From Candidatus Poseidoniaceae archaeon (GTDB taxonomy: Archaea > Thermoplasmatota > Poseidoniia > Poseidoniales > Poseidoniaceae), in contig CASIAI010000001.1 in the NCBI GenBank assembly GCA_949372655.1, positions 13,279-77,278 of the forward strand: a stretch of 64,000 nt of DNA. The letters run 5' to 3'. The translations under genes and the position numbers were made by a program. Positions 17,422-27,820 of this stretch are shown here, in pieces; the stretch's first letter is position 1, and each line of letters starts with the position of its first letter. The notes under the pieces were generated by a model. The model worked only from the letters and a program-made list of their open reading frames with translations. It had not been told where the DNA came from and did not search any database.

Positions 17422-17472
17422 TTCTTGTACAGATACCAAGGCAATCATAAATGAGTACTTACTGCGTAGTTT

Positions 17473-20400
17473 ATGGCTGAGATAAATATTTATCGTGAAT
17501 ATAAAAAAACTTCAACTATTATCATAGTATTGATGTTTCTAATTATGAGTTTTACTTCAATTATTGGTAATGTCTCTGCTGTTGGAACAAACCAAAATGA
17601 CATAGGAACATCAGGCGGAGATTTACCTGACAATTTATCATCCATAACCTCAATACCAAACTTAATTTTTAGTGGGTCAACTAACGGTACTGGTGAACTA
17701 TATCCATCTAGTGATCAATATGATTACTTGAGAGTTAGTTTGGCTGCAAATGAAGGTTTAGCAGTTGAATTATCATTTGATTCTTCGGATGATTTTGACT
17801 TGGCAATATATGATTCATCTGCACAAAATATTATTGATGATTCATATATGTACAATCCAGAAACTGTAACAACTAATGGTTCAACACATGGCGGCGTGGT
17901 TTATATCGAAATTTATGGATACTTATTCGGTTCAATATCGAATTGGTCTTATGATATTACCATCTGGAAATTCACTACTGGTTCAACTGGTGGTGGAAAT
18001 GGAAGTGGAGGAAGTAGCGGAATAGCAATTCCAAGTCCATGTACGGGCAATGGAACTACTGCCCCTGATATTCTGGAGCCTAATGACACCCCTGCAACTG
18101 CAACTTTAGCCTCACTATTACCAGTTTATTGTACTGGACTAAGTGTTGAAATTAATTCTGCTGGTGTTGCTAATGATGATTACTTCGAAGTACAAATGGT
18201 TAGTGGAGTAACTTACTATTTCAATTTGACATTTACCCACTTCAATGGTGATATTGACGCAACTCTAGAAGATTCTTCAGGTACCTTAATTTCATTTAAT
18301 AGTTTTACTTCAATGAGTTCCTCTTCAGATAATGAGGCCGGAGAATATACAGCAACCTCAAATTTCACTGCTTATTTCAAGGTATACCACTATTCTTCAT
18401 TTGGATCTACTGGGACCATTGCAAATGTCTACGATATTGAAATTTCAACTGATAACCCTGGTGGTGGACAATCATTTTCAACCATTGATGTAACTATGAA
18501 TAACCTAACAAATGTAACACTAGAGATGACTGGATTGACAGTTGGAGATACTTATCAGTATGAGTTTTATCAATCTTTTGAAAATGGAATTAATTCATCC
18601 ATAACTAATCAATTAACTCAAGGTCCATACTCATTTGTTGCAACTTCAACATCTGAAACTGTAAATTACACAATCTCAGGTGGAGACATTGAAGGATACT
18701 ATTCCGTTTCTGCTAACCTTTCTGATAACTTAGGAGCAAGACTCAGTTCTAACGTGGATTCAATCTACAAAGAAATGTTAATCTTAGATACAACATCCTC
18801 GACAACTGGAGAAATTTTTGCCAGTAACTTAACTGCTGGAAATCAATATACATTACAATGGATTGTTGTTGATTTAGTACTTTACCTTGATGAACTCAAT
18901 GCTGGGCAGAGTATAGAATTCGCGCTCAACCAATCTATGGTAGACCAAAACTATACCAACTTCTCTGCACTCTCCAATTCAAACTATTGGCAAGTTGGTT
19001 GGCAAAACCCAATAACTGCTAATGAGCATGGTTTTCTTGCAATATTATCTATTCAAGGAGTCAACACCAACCTTTCAGCCGGCGAAGGTTACATAGGAGT
19101 GCACAACGATGAATTTATTCCCCAACTACCTTCTGCAGTAATTACTAATTATTCATTGAGTACTACGTCTACAAATAATGACTATACCTCTGAAGGTCTT
19201 GACTTAGTTCTTGGTGACTCTTACTATCAGCAATATAGGGTTGAAGACTCAGGTGGCGCAGATATCGCATTTTCCACTCTCACTTCCTATACCGCCACAT
19301 CACAAAATATGTCATTTGGAAAATTCTTCTATACCACGCCAACTGTTTCTGGACAATACTGCCTATATTCAGAATTATATGATTCAAATAATGTACAATT
19401 GATCGGTGATTATGTTTGTATCTTATTTGTTTTCGATGATGACAATGATGGTATTGCTAATGAGGATGATATCTGTCCAAATACTACACCTGGTTCAATG
19501 GTTGATTCTAATGGTTGTGCACTATCTCAAAAAGATACAGATGGTGACGGATATAACGACGACGTAGATGATTATCCTAACGACGCAACCCAATGGGTTG
19601 ATGGAGATGGTGATGGATACGGAGATAATCCAAATGGAAACGTTCCTGATGCATTCCCATATGACAATACTCAATGGGCTGACCAAGATGGAGATGGCTA
19701 TGGAGATAATCCAAATGGAAATTATTCTGATGCATTCCCTACCGACCCAACACAATGGAGTGATTCTGATGGTGACGGATACGGCGATAATGCAAATGGA
19801 AACAATGCTGATTTGTGGCCTACAGATTCAACACAATGGACAGATTCAGATGGTGATGGCTATGGAGATAACCCAACTGGAACCAACGGTGACCAATTCC
19901 CATTTGATGTAACTCAATGGGCTGACCAAGACGGTGATGGGTTTGGGGACAATGCTAGTGGAAATGATCCTGACCATTTCCCTACAGACGGAACACAGTG
20001 GGAAGACCAAGACGGCGATGGGTTTGGAGATAATATCGGAGGTAATAATGCAGATAAATTCCCGACTGAGCCAACACAATGGTATGACTCAGATAATGAT
20101 GGATATGGAGACAATCAAGCTGGACTGAACCCTGATGCATTCCCTAATGATGGAACTCAATGGGCTGATACAGATGGCGATGGTTTCGGTGATAATCAAA
20201 ATGGAAATAACCCTGATAAATTCATTTCCGACCAAACCCAATGGTTTGATGCTGATGGCGATGGCTACGGAGATAATGCAAATGGAAATAATCCGGACTT
20301 GTGCCCAAATACTCCTTTTGGACAAAATGTCGATATGACCGGATGTTCATCATCACAATTAGATGATGATATGGATGGACTCTCTAATGATTTAGATTCT

Positions 20401-21603
20401 TGTCCTTCAACCCCAGCAGGTGAGTCTATAGATTCTAATGGATGTTCTGGCTCTCAAAAGGACTCTGATAACGACGGCGTCATGGACTTGTATGATTCAT
20501 GCCCTTCTACTTCGCTAAACTCAGTTATTGATAATTCAGGGTGTTCAGAAAGTCAGTTGGATACTGATAATGATGGGATTAATAACGATATTGACCTTTG
20601 TCCTAGCACTTCACCTCAGGCTCCTGTCAACGGACAGGGTTGTTCTGCTTCAGAAAGAGATACTGACCTAGATGGAGTAAAAGATAACTTAGACCTTTGT
20701 CAAGCAACTCCAACAGATGAGGTGCCTGATGATGAAGGATGTTCAAACTCACAAAAAGATGATGACTTTGATGGAATATTCAATGACCAAGATATCTGTC
20801 CTAATACTGTACTTAATTCTGGCCAGGATTCATTTGGATGCTCTCCAGACCAATATGATGATGACAATGACCAAATTGACAATACATTAGACCAATGCCC
20901 TGCAACACCTATTGATCAACAAGTTGACTCTAGTGGATGTGCAGAATCTCAAAAAGATGAAGACAATGATGACATTTGGAATTCAGATGACCTCTGTTAT
21001 GATACCGTTGAAGGACAATCAGTCGACCAAAAAGGATGTTCTGATTATCAAAAGGATGATGATGACGATGGGGAATTTAATGCAAATGATGAATGTAAGA
21101 ATACTCCAATTGGGGCTATTGTAAATTCCAAGGGTTGTGCTAAGAGTCAACTAGACACTGATAATGATGGTGTTAATGATGATGAAGATGCTTTCCCAAC
21201 AGATGGTAATGAGTCTCTAGACACTGATGGAGATGGTATTTCTGACCGATGGGATGACTACCCCGAAGATCCAACAAAGTCTGAATCGGTATCCGAAGAT
21301 AGTGGAAATGGTATGATGTTTGCTTTCCTAGCCATAATCGTACTAGGTGTAATAGGCGCTCTACTAGTAGTTAAAAATCGACAAAGTGAAATTCAACAGA
21401 ACTCTCTGTTCTCTCAACAAATGCAATATGACAATTCAACTGAATCAAGTATGGACGCACAGAAAGAAATCCCAAATATCGAGGCCGAAACAGCAGCTAA
21501 TTCATGGGAAGAAAATGGAGTTCACTGGAGTCGAGATTCCGAAGGAAATTTATCATATTATGACCAAGAAAATCAAACTTGGACTCCTTACACTATGCAG
21601 TGA
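17473..21603 (+). CDS. Giant surface protein: PPC-like modules, unknown beta-rich region, two Ca-binding (thrombospondin type-3-like) repeat arrays, C-terminal TM anchor
   Basis: N-terminal signal anchor IIIVLMFLIMSFTSIIGNVSA. LEPNDTPATATL...DDYFEVQM...GDIDATLED is typical of pre-peptidase C-terminal domains. DxDGDGYGDN and CPxT..GC..SQxDxDxDG repeats. C-terminal TM MMFAFLAIIVLGVIGALLVV followed by a cytoplasmic tail. Confidence 0.85.
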   Translation: MAEINIYREYKKTSTIIIVLMFLIMSFTSIIGNVSAVGTNQNDIGTSGGDLPDNLSSITSIPNLIFSGSTNGTGELYPSSDQYDYLRVSLAANEGLAVELSFDSSDDFDLAIYDSSAQNIIDDSYMYNPETVTTNGSTHGGVVYIEIYGYLFGSISNWSYDITIWKFTTGSTGGGNGSGGSSGIAIPSPCTGNGTTAPDILEPNDTPATATLASLLPVYCTGLSVEINSAGVANDDYFEVQMVSGVTYYFNLTFTHFNGDIDATLEDSSGTLISFNSFTSMSSSSDNEAGEYTATSNFTAYFKVYHYSSFGSTGTIANVYDIEISTDNPGGGQSFSTIDVTMNNLTNVTLEMTGLTVGDTYQYEFYQSFENGINSSITNQLTQGPYSFVATSTSETVNYTISGGDIEGYYSVSANLSDNLGARLSSNVDSIYKEMLILDTTSSTTGEIFASNLTAGNQYTLQWIVVDLVLYLDELNAGQSIEFALNQSMVDQNYTNFSALSNSNYWQVGWQNPITANEHGFLAILSIQGVNTNLSAGEGYIGVHNDEFIPQLPSAVITNYSLSTTSTNNDYTSEGLDLVLGDSYYQQYRVEDSGGADIAFSTLTSYTATSQNMSFGKFFYTTPTVSGQYCLYSELYDSNNVQLIGDYVCILFVFDDDNDGIANEDDICPNTTPGSMVDSNGCALSQKDTDGDGYNDDVDDYPNDATQWVDGDGDGYGDNPNGNVPDAFPYDNTQWADQDGDGYGDNPNGNYSDAFPTDPTQWSDSDGDGYGDNANGNNADLWPTDSTQWTDSDGDGYGDNPTGTNGDQFPFDVTQWADQDGDGFGDNASGNDPDHFPTDGTQWEDQDGDGFGDNIGGNNADKFPTEPTQWYDSDNDGYGDNQAGLNPDAFPNDGTQWADTDGDGFGDNQNGNNPDKFISDQTQWFDADGDGYGDNANGNNPDLCPNTPFGQNVDMTGCSSSQLDDDMDGLSNDLDSCPSTPAGESIDSNGCSGSQKDSDNDGVMDLYDSCPSTSLNSVIDNSGCSESQLDTDNDGINNDIDLCPSTSPQAPVNGQGCSASERDTDLDGVKDNLDLCQATPTDEVPDDEGCSNSQKDDDFDGIFNDQDICPNTVLNSGQDSFGCSPDQYDDDNDQIDNTLDQCPATPIDQQVDSSGCAESQKDEDNDDIWNSDDLCYDTVEGQSVDQKGCSDYQKDDDDDGEFNANDECKNTPIGAIVNSKGCAKSQLDTDNDGVNDDEDAFPTDGNESLDTDGDGISDRWDDYPEDPTKSESVSEDSGNGMMFAFLAIIVLGVIGALLVVKNRQSEIQQNSLFSQQMQYDNSTESSMDAQKEIPNIEAETAANSWEENGVHWSRDSEGNLSYYDQENQTWTPYTMQ
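19588..20316 (+). repeat. 9 tandem in-frame copies of an 81-nt (27-aa) unit: TQWxDxDGDG(Y/F)GDNxxGNxxDxFPxDx
   Basis: Copy 1 starts at ACC 19588 and copy 9 at ACC 20236, which is exactly 8 x 81 nt later. The copies are divergent at the DNA level and lie within the coding sequence. Confidence 0.9.
20302..21192 (+). repeat. 9 tandem in-frame copies of a 99-nt (33-aa) unit: CPxTxxxxxVDxxGCSxSQxDxDxDGxxNDxDx
   Basis: I counted each of the nine units at 33 aa, starting at TGC 20302. A tenth isolated copy lies at 19474 before the first array. Confidence 0.9.
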
Positions 21604-21608
21604 TTTCT

Positions 21609-22397
21609 ATGCTTGTATCACAGAGTATACTGAAATCCATATTGATATCTTCTATGATGTTGATTTCTATTAATTTATCAGGATGTATATCCGATAGTTC
21701 AGAGTCTGAAGAGATTGATTTGACAATCAATTATGAATATACTAATGGTACAATTTCAGAGATGTACTCTGATGGTGAATTAGTCTCAAAAAATAATGTT
21801 GAGCTTGATTTTGATTTTTCACAAACCACGTCAAGTAATGAATTGATATCTTTTGGAATAGACCCTAATGATGGTAGAGAACCGGTTGAAATTGATGCTA
21901 CTACCGAGTCAGTATTGACTATTGTTTTTACTGAACACGGAATTTATCATTTGGATGCTTTTGCCATTGATACTGATAATTTACGGATAAATCAATCGAT
22001 TATAGTTCGCATTGATTACACCGTTGAATGGAGCGAATCTAATACCAATAATCCCAAAACACTGGTTATTGACCCCATTCCAAGAAATAATGGTCCACAT
22101 CCATACATGATGGAAGTCTCTTCTGTGGTAGAAAACCCTAGCATCATTGATGAGTTAGGGGGAGGAGGACAAACAGTAGAGTTCTCATGGGAAATAAGTG
22201 ATGAGGCTAACGATGTATGCCAAAAAAGAAGTACCAAAGTTGAGGATGGTGAATCTAAAGATTGGTATATAATTCATTTCAATACTCGCGAAGTTCATGA
22301 ACTAAAAATAGTATACAATGACGGACAGGATAATATCAACATAAATCAGGTTATGTCAATTATTTACCATAGCATTGAGTCTGAACCAAATGCTTGA
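21609..22397 (+). CDS. Putative lipoprotein/secreted protein
   Basis: MLVSQSILKSILISSMMLISINLSGC carries a lipobox-like LSGC. ATG 21609 lies 5 nt after the upstream stop. The ORF-track TTG 21579 would overlap the upstream gene. Confidence 0.5.
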   Translation: MLVSQSILKSILISSMMLISINLSGCISDSSESEEIDLTINYEYTNGTISEMYSDGELVSKNNVELDFDFSQTTSSNELISFGIDPNDGREPVEIDATTESVLTIVFTEHGIYHLDAFAIDTDNLRINQSIIVRIDYTVEWSESNTNNPKTLVIDPIPRNNGPHPYMMEVSSVVENPSIIDELGGGGQTVEFSWEISDEANDVCQKRSTKVEDGESKDWYIIHFNTREVHELKIVYNDGQDNININQVMSIIYHSIESEPNA

Positions 22398-22406
22398 TGG
22401 TTAAAA

Positions 22407-23771
<1,365 letters not shown>

Positions 23772-23861
23772 TTACACTATGTCTTATTCACGGGCAATGG
23801 TAGACCCTTTCTAATAGTTGCCCCCCTTCGGCCGGAAAAAGTTCTAAAATCGGATATTTAG

Positions 23862-24326
23862 TCATTCGTTAAAGGGGCAAACAATATTGAATCTATGAAG
23901 TCTTTCAAGACGTCTTTGTCCCATAGAGTCGACTTCAGCCATAGCATGAATTGCTTCTTCAATCATAGCATGCTGGTCTGGTTGTAATTGAATAATAGTT
24001 CTAAAAGAATTTAGCATCGACCACTCGTCTTCCGAGATAACTTCGTCATCTAGGGCTGCAATCAATGCTGCTTGATAAGTAGATACATCACCGATCTGTT
24101 GGCCAGAGTAACCTTCTTCTAAATCATCAAAAGGATTCTTCTCATCACCTCTAACAACTGCTAAACATGCCGCTGTATCACTTGGAGAAACGCCCAGTGA
24201 ACCAGCCAGTACATGTAATATTACAGCTTCATCATCCGTAATAATTTGATCGTCCATCGCTTGATTAAGGGTTCTAAGATAAAGGTAAAGTCCTCGATTA
24301 GGAATTAGGCTCATAAAACATCTCAA
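23862..24326 (-). CDS. Hypothetical acidic protein with an internal duplication
   Basis: Two similar segments, DDQIITDDEAVILHVLAGSLG and DDEVISEDEWSMLNSFRTI. This is only a vague TerB-like pattern. Confidence 0.35.
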   Translation of the reverse strand: MRCFMSLIPNRGLYLYLRTLNQAMDDQIITDDEAVILHVLAGSLGVSPSDTAACLAVVRGDEKNPFDDLEEGYSGQQIGDVSTYQAALIAALDDEVISEDEWSMLNSFRTIIQLQPDQHAMIEEAIHAMAEVDSMGQRRLERLHRFNIVCPFNE

Positions 24327-24356
24327 CTACTCCAGCCGTATATTTATTGTCATACA

Positions 24357-24469
24357 TCGTAATCACCAAATCTCAGATTACAATTTCATTTCCTACACCT
24401 AAACCCTCGCAATATAGCGTTTTTTATAACAAATTAGCGTAATACACTGTAAGTCAATTCGTAATCACC
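24357..24469. promoter_or_regulatory. Two exact 11-nt direct repeats TCGTAATCACC (24357-24367, 24459-24469) plus a degenerate copy CGTAATACAC (about 24438), upstream of the RHH regulator gene
   Basis: Read directly from the 180-nt divergent intergenic region. Candidate operator sites. Confidence 0.3.
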
Positions 24470-24522
24470 TGTAATAAATACTATAAGGTATAGACATTTA
24501 GACAGGTTTGAGAGGAACCAAA

Positions 24523-24897
24523 ATGACTGCTCCAAGTACATTGATATCCCTTCGAATTACCGAAGAGGATTTACAATTACTAGATTCTAGAATTGGGACT
24601 GATGGTGCTCGAAGTCGATCTGATGTTGTTAGATTGGCAATTCAAGAATTCCTAAACGGCCAGCCTCTTCTTTCAGAGATGGATTCGGTTAGAATCCCAC
24701 TCGGCCGTGGCGACCAAATGCGGCTAGGACACTTGTATGAATTACAAGGAACTACAACTCAAGAAGCAGCCCAACAAGGATTGAAGCTGTTCATTCGACA
24801 AGCCTTAGAGAATGAAGTCGAAGAAACAAGAATGCTCGAGGAAGCTGTTGCGAAAGCACGTGCTTCTACGATTAAACGCGAAGAATACCAACAATAA
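24523..24897 (+). CDS. Ribbon-helix-helix (CopG/Arc-like) DNA-binding protein
   Basis: ISLRITEEDLQLLD...RSRSDVVRLAIQEFL fits a beta-strand/helix/helix RHH N-terminus. ATG 24523 is preceded by GAGAGGAACCAAA; the ORF track starts at TTG 24508. Confidence 0.55.
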   Translation: MTAPSTLISLRITEEDLQLLDSRIGTDGARSRSDVVRLAIQEFLNGQPLLSEMDSVRIPLGRGDQMRLGHLYELQGTTTQEAAQQGLKLFIRQALENEVEETRMLEEAVAKARASTIKREEYQQ

Positions 24898-24904
24898 TGG
24901 TGAG

Positions 24905-25210
24905 AGTGCAAGAGGGGATGGGATGATTAGGCATAACGACAAAGGAAACTTTCGTGATGCCACCTTCGGCGCTAGACAAGACAGGTCCAGTCTGTTTGGC
25001 TTAGCCGCTTTGCGTTTGCGTGCCCGTTTTGCACGTGATGGACCAGGTCCGGAATCTAATGATAACGGACCGAATTTCCCCCCGGAAGACGGACGGGGGG
25101 ACTCAGATTCCACCCCAGCTTGCTGAGTTGGTGGTTCCCACGTGCCTAGCCCCACTTACTAGGCACAATTATTCACATCAGTGCGGCCGCGCCCCCAATC
25201 CTTTAGAATG
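24905..25210 (+). ncRNA. GC-rich, highly structured RNA candidate of unknown class (about 300 nt)
   Basis: My hand count gives about 55% G+C over 24901-25200, against AT-rich flanks. Stems: GGCAU..AAAG-GAAA-CUUU..AUGCC (24930-24961), GCGUGC/GCACGU (25018-25036), CCCCCCG/CGGGGGG (25078-25100), CCACC..CAG-CUUG-CUG..GGUGG (25110-25134) and GUGCCUAG/CUAGGCAC (25142-25166). GAAA and CUUG tetraloops appear only in the + sense. The overlapping ORFs on both strands look like GC artefacts. Confidence 0.55.
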
Positions 25211-25230
25211 GTCGACTGTGGATTGATACT

Positions 25231-27291
25231 ATGAAGCCTCGAGCCGGTGTTGATGTCGAGAGTGATTTTCGCTTTCTGGCACATGAAACACCGAGGCCAG
25301 GTCAAATTGAGATGATTTATGAATGTCGAGAGGCTCTAAGGCAGAATGGCTATCATCTTGCCGCTGCACCAACTGGTATAGGTAAAACTGCAGCATCACT
25401 AGCGGCAGCGGTAGAAATATCGAGAACTTCAGAACAAAAAGTGCACATACTATTCCTTACTGGGAGGCAATCTCAACATCGGATAGTTATTGAAACTGTA
25501 AGACAAATTAATCTAAGACTTCAAGGAATTGAGTCAAATGTTAAGGTTGTTGATTTGATTGGAAGAGAATCAATGTGTGAATTAATTGACATGCAAACTG
25601 GAAAATGTGATTGTGAAAAAGGTTCCTCTGAAGGTTCTAAGTTCGCACGGCGAGACGAAATGAGCGACTATATCCTAGAACATCCACGCCATGTGGAAGA
25701 AACAATAGAAAAATGCAAGATATGGGGTCTTTGTGCTTGGTCTACCTGTAGATTTGCTGCCAAGGACTGTGATATCTTGGTATGTGACTATAATCACGTA
25801 TTTTCTGATAATGTCAGAGAAAATTCATTACCCTCGATGGGAATAAATATGGAGGATACAATTCTAATAGTCGATGAAGCACACAATTTACCTGATCGAA
25901 TCAGAATGAATATGGAACGAATCGTGACACCCACTATAGTGAGAAACACAACCATGGAATTAGAGGAATATCTCGGCCACTTAGAGATGGATTACCAAAG
26001 AAATACATCTACTGCAGTTGGTAAAGAAATGGAAATCGTGGATTGGACATTCGAAATTATGAAACTTGTGCGAAGTAAGATGGCAGACTTATTTTCTGCA
26101 CTACACTCGCAATTGGGTCATGATAAAGATGAATCGATGGTAGAGATATCTCAACTAGTCAATATATTTCATTCAGCATGTGATGAATATGAAGGTCTTT
26201 CTGGACAGAAAAAACTTGGTCAAGATGAAACTCAAGTGATTACTAAAGTAAACAAAGATGAAAGAATAAAGAAAATTAGTGAAGTTTTGAATCGTGTCAA
26301 AATAGAAATTGATTCCGAGGAAGACGAGGCGATGGAACCTGATGCTTATCGGCTTGGTCATATCCTTGAATGCCTTGTATTATTCACAAATAGCAGTGCT
26401 TTGAGTTTAGTATTTAGCAATAAAGGCAAAGAGGGAAAAATCACATCTCACCTGCTAGACCCTGGTATTGTTTCAGGAAAATTATTTTCTTCAGCAAAAG
26501 GTGCAATTTTAATGTCTGGTACTCTTTATCCACCACAAATGTACAGTGATATTCTTAATTTACCAAAAGAAAAAACTACTAAATCCGAGTATAAGTCTCC
26601 GTTCGCAAGTGAAAGAAGACCAGTACTAGTCGCTACCGATGTGTCTACAAAATACAATGAACGCTCTGAATTAATGTGGAATAAGATTAGGAGCCACATT
26701 CAAGCATTAATTGATGGAAGTAATGGCCATATTGCGGTTTTTTGTCCATCTTACCGCCTATTGGATGAGATATTGGAAGATGTTTATTTCAAAGGTGTAA
26801 AGAAAGTTGTTGAAAGTAGAGACTGGTCCAAGAATGATATCGATAAAATAGTTGGCATGCTACGCGATGAGCGCTCCAAAGAGAATCGTATCTTACTTTG
26901 TGGAGTATTCGGCGCAAGACTTTCTGAAGGAATCGATTATAGTGATGGAGTGCTTGATGGGGTTGTGTGTATTGGAATACCTAATCCTCCACCATCTGTA
27001 TTATCTTCGGCATTAAAAGAATATGCTTCCGATAAATTTGGAAAGAATAATGCATGGCGATATACAGTTACCCAACCGGCTATTAATTCAATTCTACAAG
27101 CGATGGGGCGTCCGATTAGATCGATAAACGATAGAGCACTAATCCTTCTGCTAGACAAACGAAATAGAGACCAGACCTATGCTAGATGCTATCCGGTTAA
27201 CATGAAGATGAATGCTACCAGTGAGCCTGATACTACCACTAGTTTCGCTAAAAGATTCTTTAGAAAAGTCAAACCTAATCAAAAAGAATAA
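25231..27291 (+). CDS. xpd: XPD/Rad3-family (DEAD_2) Fe-S DNA helicase
   Basis: AAPTGIGKT Walker A and VDEAHNL DEAH box. A Cys cluster lies between them (MCELIDMQTGKCDC...LCAWSTC), consistent with the XPD 4Fe-4S domain. C-terminal helicase motifs include QAMGRPIRS. Confidence 0.85.
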   Translation: MKPRAGVDVESDFRFLAHETPRPGQIEMIYECREALRQNGYHLAAAPTGIGKTAASLAAAVEISRTSEQKVHILFLTGRQSQHRIVIETVRQINLRLQGIESNVKVVDLIGRESMCELIDMQTGKCDCEKGSSEGSKFARRDEMSDYILEHPRHVEETIEKCKIWGLCAWSTCRFAAKDCDILVCDYNHVFSDNVRENSLPSMGINMEDTILIVDEAHNLPDRIRMNMERIVTPTIVRNTTMELEEYLGHLEMDYQRNTSTAVGKEMEIVDWTFEIMKLVRSKMADLFSALHSQLGHDKDESMVEISQLVNIFHSACDEYEGLSGQKKLGQDETQVITKVNKDERIKKISEVLNRVKIEIDSEEDEAMEPDAYRLGHILECLVLFTNSSALSLVFSNKGKEGKITSHLLDPGIVSGKLFSSAKGAILMSGTLYPPQMYSDILNLPKEKTTKSEYKSPFASERRPVLVATDVSTKYNERSELMWNKIRSHIQALIDGSNGHIAVFCPSYRLLDEILEDVYFKGVKKVVESRDWSKNDIDKIVGMLRDERSKENRILLCGVFGARLSEGIDYSDGVLDGVVCIGIPNPPPSVLSSALKEYASDKFGKNNAWRYTVTQPAINSILQAMGRPIRSINDRALILLLDKRNRDQTYARCYPVNMKMNATSEPDTTTSFAKRFFRKVKPNQKE

Positions 27292-27340
27292 CATTAAAAT
27301 TAGTACGAAGGTTCATTGAGGGTAGACTGGAGGCAATAAT

Positions 27341-27820
27341 ATGGCATCATGGGAGAATATTGACATAAACCTAGATTCAAGTTTAGTTGGAGATTTAGAA
27401 GAGGAACTAATTGATACCTCTGGACTTACAATTTCACCACAATCATTACATGGAGAATTTCATTCTACTGCTCAACACTTGACTGAAGTCGAAACACGTC
27501 ACAGACAAGTGCTAGTAACTGCAGGAATGATTCCTGAAGAACATATTTCTTCTGTCGAACCAGGTATGTCACTTAAGTGGATGGTTGAGGAACTGAATGG
27601 AAGAATGAATCCAGATGGACTCTCGATACCCCTCATGGGTGTTGAACTAGGAGACTTCCAGCTTTCTACAAATCACGATGACCGATATATCAATGTCAAA
27701 CTTAGTATTAAAGATGGTCATACTGAATCTTTCGAACGAACCTTTAGTATTCCTAGAGAATCTATGGATAGTCAAATCAATGCTCACTTCATCAATAATC
27801 GATTATACCTAAGATGGTAA
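27341..27820 (+). CDS. Hypothetical protein with a weak Hsp20/alpha-crystallin-like C-terminus
   Basis: YINVKLSIKDGHTESFERTFSIPRESMDSQINAHFINNRLYLRW resembles the C-terminal half of an alpha-crystallin domain. The match is weak. Confidence 0.3.
   Translation: MASWENIDINLDSSLVGDLEEELIDTSGLTISPQSLHGEFHSTAQHLTEVETRHRQVLVTAGMIPEEHISSVEPGMSLKWMVEELNGRMNPDGLSIPLMGVELGDFQLSTNHDDRYINVKLSIKDGHTESFERTFSIPRESMDSQINAHFINNRLYLRW

Noticed and set aside
19522-20338. Regularly spaced repeats that could be mistaken for a CRISPR array or a satellite, plus eight short ORFs on both strands
   Set aside because: The 81-nt and 99-nt periods are multiples of three and lie within one long frame. The units are conserved at the protein level rather than the DNA level. 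There are no spacer-like unique segments.
24898-25215. Calling the structured RNA an SRP (7S) RNA or an RNase P RNA
   Set aside because: Size and composition fit, and CCAGGUCCGGAA resembles the 5' side of SRP helix 8. But the + strand has no AGCA at all, so no GNAR...AGCA SRP54-binding signature. I also find no GAGGAAAGUCC (CR-I) and no GGUGAAA-type RNase P element on either strand. Left unclassified pending a covariance-model search.
24805-25226. Three overlapping ORFs (116 aa on the minus strand, 104 aa and 68 aa on the plus strand) covering the GC-rich patch
   Set aside because: They overlap one another on both strands and translate to low-complexity G/R/P/S-rich sequence. They coincide exactly with a run of stable hairpins. 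This is far more consistent with a structured RNA than with coding sequence.
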